NCBI GenBank assembly: GCA_037308085.1
Contig: CP147779.1
Location: 1,984,001-2,048,000, forward strand
Length of the DNA stretch: 64,000 nucleotides
Source of the DNA: Promethearchaeati archaeon SRVP18_Atabeyarchaeia-1
GTDB taxonomy: Archaea; Asgardarchaeota; Atabeyarchaeia; Atabeyarchaeales; Atabeyarchaeaceae
Direction of reading: 5' to 3'
The translations under genes and the position numbers were made by a program. The stretch's first letter is position 1; each line of letters opens with the position of its first letter. The notes below the pieces were generated by a model. It was not told where the DNA came from and did no database searches. It saw only the letters and a list, made by a program, of their open reading frames with translations. This document shows, one piece after another, positions 58,279 through 64,000 of the stretch.

Positions 58279-58957
58279 GCGAGAATCTACCCTCTGCAGA
58301 CCATTCCTCCTTCACGAGTGCAGTAGAGGCAAACAGAGATAATAATCCCCCCCACGAATTACTCGGCTCCTTGGAGAGTCTCGCGCGCCCCGTTCTTGCT
58401 GCTTCTTTGCGGTGTCACATTTGTAACAAGTTTAGACTGATATAGCGCCTATAACCGACTATTATTCATGAGCCTCTGTGTGAGGACAGGACGCACGAAG
58501 CCTGTGTCGGCTTCGGCATACGGCATCAGCCTATTCCGGTGAAGAACCGGGTGGAAATCAAAGACCCACATGGAGACTCTAACTGCAACCCGCTCCTCCA
58601 ATAATGTCTGTTGGAGCCTAACTCAGCTAACGCACAGATTGCCGCTTGAGAGCAACCTACGCCACTAGGGCGGCAGTAACTGCTTTCCGTGTTCCCGCTG
58701 TTCCTCGTTAATTCTCTCCTGCCTGCCGTCTCAGTGGCGACCCATTGTTGATGTGGCTGCGAGTTCCGCTCCGAGGGGCGGGTCCTGAACTATGACAAAC
58801 TCGGATTGCCAGAAATGTGTGATCTAAGAAAGATGCCTACTTCTTGGCCACAGATTGCGATTGGAGGAAGCTGGCCAAGCGCAATACGAGCCTGAACAAA
58901 AAAGAAGGGTTGAGGTTAGAGTTCTTGCGGCAGAGGAATTTATGGCTTTAGAACCCT

Positions 58958-59614
58958 CTACTTCTTCGTTATGTCTTGGAGTCTCTTGTTAATTTCAGCC
59001 CAATTGACGATGTTCCAGAAAGCTTCAAGGTACTTAGCTCTGTCATTCTTGTAATCGATGTAGTATGCGTGCTCAAAGACATCGACAACCATCAGGATTC
59101 TGAATGTCGGAATAACATTCGTGTTGTGCTTCTCAACCTGCATTATTATCGGTTTGCCGAGTTCCCTGCAGTAGGCTAATGCTGCCCATCCAGATCCTTC
59201 TACGCTCTGTGCGGCCTGCGTGAATTCCTTCTTGAATCTGTCAAAGCTCCCGAACTCCTTGGTAAGCGCATCTAGTATAGGTCCTGTCGGTTTTCCGCTC
59301 TTAGCTGCAGGCGCTAGGTTCTCCCAGAACAGTGAGTGCATTCTGTGTCCGCCGATATTCCATGAAAGGTCCTTGAGAATTGCTTTCATGTCGAGATCCG
59401 CGTTTTCCTTTCGCGCCTTCTCGAGCTTATCAAAGTCCGCGTTTGCCCCATTGACGTACGCCTGGTGGTGTTTCTGGTGGTGTATTGTGAGCTGGGTTTC
59501 AGACATGTGAGGCTCCAAGTCCTTGTATCCGTACGGCAGCTTGGGTAATGCATAGGTTTTGGCTTTCTCCAAAGTCGTGTATCCTCCTTCTACTCTCCAA
59601 TTAGTCCTAATCAT
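58958..59614 (-). CDS. sod: Fe/Mn superoxide dismutase (likely start TTG 59572)
   Basis: [32 protein letters not shown]. Confidence 0.95.
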   Translation of the reverse strand: MIRTNWRVEGGYTTLEKAKTYALPKLPYGYKDLEPHMSETQLTIHHQKHHQAYVNGANADFDKLEKARKENADLDMKAILKDLSWNIGGHRMHSLFWENLAPAAKSGKPTGPILDALTKEFGSFDRFKKEFTQAAQSVEGSGWAALAYCRELGKPIIMQVEKHNTNVIPTFRILMVVDVFEHAYYIDYKNDRAKYLEAFWNIVNWAEINKRLQDITKK

Positions 59615-59855
59615 TTCTTCCTGGCTGTTTCCTATCTAAGGTTTCCCTCATCCACTTGCTTTGAATGAGAGATAACCATATGCTTTTATCTGTTTTTCTA
59701 TCCGCTGGCCAGCTGGCCTTTGATGCTGACCTTGCGCCACATCACCGTCTTCCAAACTCATATAAAAAAGTCTGTCCCACCGCTTCGCGCGTGGGACTTA
59801 ATAAGTGTGGAGGCAAGGTCTAAGAACCTTCACCAGAACAGGTCGGCTAGCTCAG

Positions 59856-60311
59856 CTACATTTCTTCGAGGAGGGTCGTGAAAGTGTCGTGGTGATCCTC
59901 TTCCTGCTGCATTATTTCACGGAAGAGTCTGTTTGTTGTTTCGTCGCCTTCTTTTCTGGCCTTCTCAATGATTCCCTTGTAGAGCTTGATTGCGCCTTCC
60001 TCGTCTTTCACGTTCTGTGCAATCATGTCCTTGAGGTCTTCTCTAACGAAGATTGGCTCAGGCTTTGTCGTTGGTGTTCCTCCTAGGTAGAAGAGCCTCT
60101 CGGCTATCATCTCTGCGTGCTTCATCTCTTGCTTCGCAATACTCGCTAGTTCATCTTTTACGGTGAACCCTTTCACTCCACTCCACTGAACGTGCTGCCA
60201 CATGTACTGGATTGAAACCTGCATCTCAGCTGCTATCCCCTTGTTTAGAAGATCCAGCAGCTCCTTGGATACCTTAACTACACTTGCGGTCTTTATCTCG
60301 CTCAAATACAA
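59856..60311 (-). CDS. Ferritin-like/bacterioferritin-family protein
   Basis: AEMQVSIQY, EMKHAE, DEEGAIKLY, EEDHH di-iron ligands. Confidence 0.88.
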   Translation of the reverse strand: MYLSEIKTASVVKVSKELLDLLNKGIAAEMQVSIQYMWQHVQWSGVKGFTVKDELASIAKQEMKHAEMIAERLFYLGGTPTTKPEPIFVREDLKDMIAQNVKDEEGAIKLYKGIIEKARKEGDETTNRLFREIMQQEEDHHDTFTTLLEEM

Positions 60312-60605
60312 TTGCCCTCCTAATATTCATCGTGTGGGCTTGGTTCTGCAATAGCTATGCTCTCTGCGTATTTATATTTTGGCTATGCCCCTGAAATCGC
60401 GCTATCGTACTCGCAGTGCAGATACACGGTAAGCGGCTATCAGGCTGTCCGTTCGGGCATCCTTTTAGGTTTGAATGGACAGTAGGATGCTTCGTGTCAG
60501 GCGCTATTCAACTCCTAGCGGAGCGCCCAAGGCAATAGCTGGTTCGCAGCGGCGAAGCATTAAGATCTACCCCGTTATGTTGCTGGAAGAAGGTGTCTCG
60601 AGTAC

Positions 60606-61961
60606 ATGGACTACCTGCCAGTAGCTTCTCTAGTGGTCTTCCTCGCGACAATCTTTCTTATGATCAAGAGGCCTAGAGGAATAAACCTTGGCGTAGCTGC
60701 TGGGATCGGCGCGATCGCTTCATTGCTACTGGGCACCGTTAGCATCGGAGACGCTATTGTGGCGCTTGGCAATATATGGGATGCTGCCTTAGCCTTCGTC
60801 GGAATTGTGACGCTGTCGGTGACTCTGGACACAATGGGATTCTTCAGGTGGGCAGCCCTAAGAATTGCGGGGTTCGCGCACGGCAGTGGCGTCAGACTGT
60901 ACTTCTACACGGCGCTTTTAACGGCCGCTGTGAGCATACTTTTCGCCAATGACAGCGCAGTGCTGATATTAACCCCGATTGTTATGGAGATGGTTCGCAA
61001 TCTGAAAATGACTAAGAGCAGTAGAGTTGCATATCTCTTCGGCGCTGGTCTGATCGCTGACACCGCCGCGATGCCACTCATAACTAGCAATCCCGTAAAC
61101 ATTGTCAGCGCTGACTATTTCGGGTACACGTTTATTGAACACATGGTTTTCATGGTTCCAATTGCGGTCGCAACAGTGCTACTAAGCATGCTCGTGGTCT
61201 ATCTCTTCTTCAGGAGGGACATACCGAAGGCGTACTCCACGGAGCTGGTGCAGATTCTTGTAAAGAACGAGCACAGTCCAATGTGGCTGAAAACGAGTAT
61301 GGCGACTCTCGTCGCCATAGATGCAGGGTACGTGGTAGCATCATTCAACAGGATACCTGTCTCATTCGTAATCTGCGCAGGCGCTCTGTTCCTCCTTCTT
61401 CTATATGCTGGAACCTACAGGAGGGAGGCAGTGTACAGAGAGGAGCGAGTCGGCGCCATGCATGTCTTGAGGAAAGTAAACTGGGACATCCTCTTCTTCA
61501 TGATAAGTATCTTCCTTGTTGTCCAGGGTCTGAGTCATGCAGGTGCTGTCAGCTTCTTCTCCACTCTCTTCGTGAATTCACTTTCCCTGCCTTCAGTGCT
61601 CTCAACGTTGGTGCCCAGCCTCATTGTGACTGTCAGCGCTAGCGCGATGAATAACTGGCCGATGACTTTCATGGGACTACTGTCAATAAAGCAGTCGATG
61701 ATGACCTATGGGCTGAGCCCACAGTCGAGCACCACCCTCATCTTCTCCAACATAATCGGGAACAACCTTGGACCACACTTCTTTCCACTTGGCTCGCTCG
61801 CTATTCTAATGTGGCTTGGAACCATGAAGAGAAAGGGCTTAACGATAAGCTTCAAGGACTACCTGAAAGTAGGGTCAATACTCTCGGTCTTAGAGGTCAC
61901 CGTAGCAGCCGTCATACTGTGGATTGAGCAGACGTTTCTCGGCTTCACCCTAAGCGTATAG
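60606..61961 (+). CDS. arsB: ArsB/NhaD-family permease (arsenical pump-like)
   Basis: FANDSAVLILTP, IADTAAMPLITSNPVN, MNNWP, NNLGP...GSLAILMW. Confidence 0.8.
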   Translation: MDYLPVASLVVFLATIFLMIKRPRGINLGVAAGIGAIASLLLGTVSIGDAIVALGNIWDAALAFVGIVTLSVTLDTMGFFRWAALRIAGFAHGSGVRLYFYTALLTAAVSILFANDSAVLILTPIVMEMVRNLKMTKSSRVAYLFGAGLIADTAAMPLITSNPVNIVSADYFGYTFIEHMVFMVPIAVATVLLSMLVVYLFFRRDIPKAYSTELVQILVKNEHSPMWLKTSMATLVAIDAGYVVASFNRIPVSFVICAGALFLLLLYAGTYRREAVYREERVGAMHVLRKVNWDILFFMISIFLVVQGLSHAGAVSFFSTLFVNSLSLPSVLSTLVPSLIVTVSASAMNNWPMTFMGLLSIKQSMMTYGLSPQSSTTLIFSNIIGNNLGPHFFPLGSLAILMWLGTMKRKGLTISFKDYLKVGSILSVLEVTVAAVILWIEQTFLGFTLSV

Positions 61962-61998
61962 CCTGTTCCCTTGGTTGGCGGCTAATATCCCAGGTTAC

Positions 61999-63153
61999 TC
62001 AAGTTTTTCTTGAAGGTTGCATGAAATCAGCCAGTGTTCTCTGCTGTCCCTCCTGTTTCTCGAAGCCGGATACTTTGACACCTACTCTTCTCGCCTCATG
62101 CGTCGATTCTGCAAGGAATCTCTCGAAGAGTTCTCTAGCTGTTTTCTTTATGACTTCGAGTTGGTTCATTGGGTTTTCAAAGGTCTTGGATCGGCTATGG
62201 GCGGTGAGATCGGTCATAACCACGACTATCCCGATGGACTTGAAAGTGAGACCCCGTTCCAGAAGCCTCGAATAGACCTCCGCGCTCAGCTGATTGGCCT
62301 TCTCCATGATTACACTCAAGTCTCGAGTGTTCTCCTTGAGTGTGGCTATCCTGCTTATCGATAGGGCTTCCCCTCTTTCCTCCACGGGCTGATCGTCAAG
62401 CCCGACAGACGCGTTATGGAAATAGGTTCCAAGAGCCTTTCCAAAGGTTTCGATGAGCTTCTGCGCGTCGAACCTAGCCAAATCGCTTATTGTGCTTATT
62501 CCCAGCTCCCCCATTTTTCCCTCCGTTTTCGCCCCAATCCCAGGAATACGGCCGACGGGCATTGGTGAAAGGAAGCTTTCAACTTCGTCTGCCTCAACAA
62601 CCGTCAAACCGTCTGGTTTCTGCACATCTGAAGCGATCTTGGCGACAAGCTTGTTTGGGGCAACCCCAATGGAACATGTTATTCCTTCCTGAGCTTTTGT
62701 CTTGTCCTTTATCTCGAACGCAGCCCAACGTGCGTCCTTGAAGTTGCCCCTAACTCTCTCGCCCACGTCCAGATAGGCCTCATCTATCCCAACCTGTTCG
62801 AAGGCATCAGCATAGCCTCTGAGGATAGCCATTACCCGTTCTGAGACTTCTTCGTAGTATCGGCGGTCCATGGGGAGGAAGACTGCCTCGATGCCTTTCA
62901 GCCTCTTTTTCGCAAGAGCGATGGGTATCCCGGACCTCACGCCATGCTCCCTCGCGATGTAGTTCGCCGTGGCGACCGCCCCGCTGTCCTCCGTCCGCCC
63001 AGAATACACGCACACTACGACAGGCTTGTCCCTAATGGACGGGTTCCTTATCTCCTCAACCTGTGCGTAGAAGTAGTCCAGATCCACAAGCATGACGACT
63101 CTCTGCTGCAAGCGGGGCTCCCTCACAAAGATAATATCGATCAACTGATTCAT
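61999..63153 (-). CDS. dinB: Y-family DNA polymerase IV (DinB/Dpo4)
   Basis: VDLDYFYAQVE, ATANYIAR, GIDEAYLD, NKLVAKIASD..KPDG. Confidence 0.93.
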   Translation of the reverse strand: MNQLIDIIFVREPRLQQRVVMLVDLDYFYAQVEEIRNPSIRDKPVVVCVYSGRTEDSGAVATANYIAREHGVRSGIPIALAKKRLKGIEAVFLPMDRRYYEEVSERVMAILRGYADAFEQVGIDEAYLDVGERVRGNFKDARWAAFEIKDKTKAQEGITCSIGVAPNKLVAKIASDVQKPDGLTVVEADEVESFLSPMPVGRIPGIGAKTEGKMGELGISTISDLARFDAQKLIETFGKALGTYFHNASVGLDDQPVEERGEALSISRIATLKENTRDLSVIMEKANQLSAEVYSRLLERGLTFKSIGIVVVMTDLTAHSRSKTFENPMNQLEVIKKTARELFERFLAESTHEARRVGVKVSGFEKQEGQQRTLADFMQPSRKT

Positions 63154-63186
63154 AAAGAGAGATCATATGGCCAAAGGTGGACTACC

Positions 63187-64000
63187 TTGACGGAAACTGC
63201 AAGAAATCCCGGGAAGAGGACAGGAGCTACTTCGAAGCCTGATCCTATTGGAGGAAGGAAAGACGGCAACGTGAGGATAACCGTAATACGATACGACCCG
63301 AACCACTATGAGGAGAAGCGGGTAGGCAGAATCGAGGAGTGTTTCCCAATAAAGGGGGAACCAGGCGTAACATGGGTCAACATAGACGGTCTGGAGAGAA
63401 AGGACATCATAGAGAAAGTCGGTGCTCACCTCGAGGTGTTCCCGCTGATAGTGGAAGATGTCCTGAGAAAAGGTGGACGCCCAAAACTCGAAGAGTTCGA
63501 CGACTATATATTTGCCATCTTGAAGATGCTCTACTACGGCGAGTCGAAAAAAGAGATAGTCACCGAGCAGGTCTCATGTATCTTTGGAGAGAACTACGTT
63601 GTGACCTTTCAGGAGAGGATTGGAGACGTCTTTGAACCCGTAAGGCAAAGGCTGAAGAGTGGAAAGGGCCGCGGACGAAGAATGGGTTCAGACTATCTTG
63701 CCTTCATGTTAATCGATGCCATCATAGACAACTACTTCCTCATCCTGGAGGGCATTGGGGATCGCATGGCTTCACTTGAAGAGGAGGTTGTGGAGTTCCC
63801 TACCAAGGAGACCCTGAGGGCCACCTACAAACTGAGGAGAAAACTCCTCTTCTTGGACAAAGCAATCTGGCCGTCAAGGACCGTGGTGGATCGCCTGGAG
63901 CGGAGCGACTCGAGACTCATAAAGAGGATCACCAGGCAGTACCTAAGGGATGTCTACGACCACGCGATTCAAGTCATAGAGAGCATAGAAACATACCGCG
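63187..64000 (+). CDS. corA: CorA magnesium/cobalt transporter, truncated by the window end
   Basis: Frame +1, absent from the track: TWVNIDGL...EDVL...RPKLEEFDDYIF...EQVS...VVTFQE...DAIIDNYF...YLRDVYDH. Confidence 0.88.
   Translation, partial: MTETARNPGKRTGATSKPDPIGGRKDGNVRITVIRYDPNHYEEKRVGRIEECFPIKGEPGVTWVNIDGLERKDIIEKVGAHLEVFPLIVEDVLRKGGRPKLEEFDDYIFAILKMLYYGESKKEIVTEQVSCIFGENYVVTFQERIGDVFEPVRQRLKSGKGRGRRMGSDYLAFMLIDAIIDNYFLILEGIGDRMASLEEEVVEFPTKETLRATYKLRRKLLFLDKAIWPSRTVVDRLERSDSRLIKRITRQYLRDVYDHAIQVIESIETYR

Noticed and set aside
58444-58472. ATAA-CCGACTA-TTAT as another dif-like site
   Set aside because: The spacer is 7 bp and the outer arms match poorly.
58279-58957. Long ORF-free gap as an RNA gene
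   Set aside because: No tRNA, rRNA or other recognisable structure was seen. An Rfam/Infernal search would be needed.

Overview
Archaeal DNA of about 50% GC. Arrestin-fold, RING-like and longin-like proteins suggest an Asgard lineage (inference). Left half (1-32 kb): an accessory/defence island carrying a HerA-SMC-like operon, a DUF853 ATPase, a glycyl radical enzyme, TnpB, several PD-(D/E)XK and HNH nucleases, an extra TBP and a complete type I R-M system. It ends at a Xer-type tyrosine recombinase. This half is punctuated by 28-bp dif-like sites (11 bp arm-6 bp spacer-11 bp arm; ATAA-N6-TT(A/T)T): four clear direct copies, one degenerate copy, and an inverted copy with a different spacer in the recombinase promoter. 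Together these suggest a Xer/dif gene-cassette system. Middle (32-50 kb): four arrestin-fold proteins, three fused to a Zn ribbon and a C4H2C2 RING-like domain, plus two more RING proteins, four paralogous surface glycoproteins, two longin-like proteins and a 7TM protein. This is a candidate receptor-arrestin-E3 ligase module. Right end: ECF S component, linalool dehydratase-like protein, ABC exporter, MEDS protein, SOD, ferritin-like protein, ArsB, DinB and a partial CorA. Three genes appear to need an ACG start codon. All calls come from motif recognition by eye; no searches were run.
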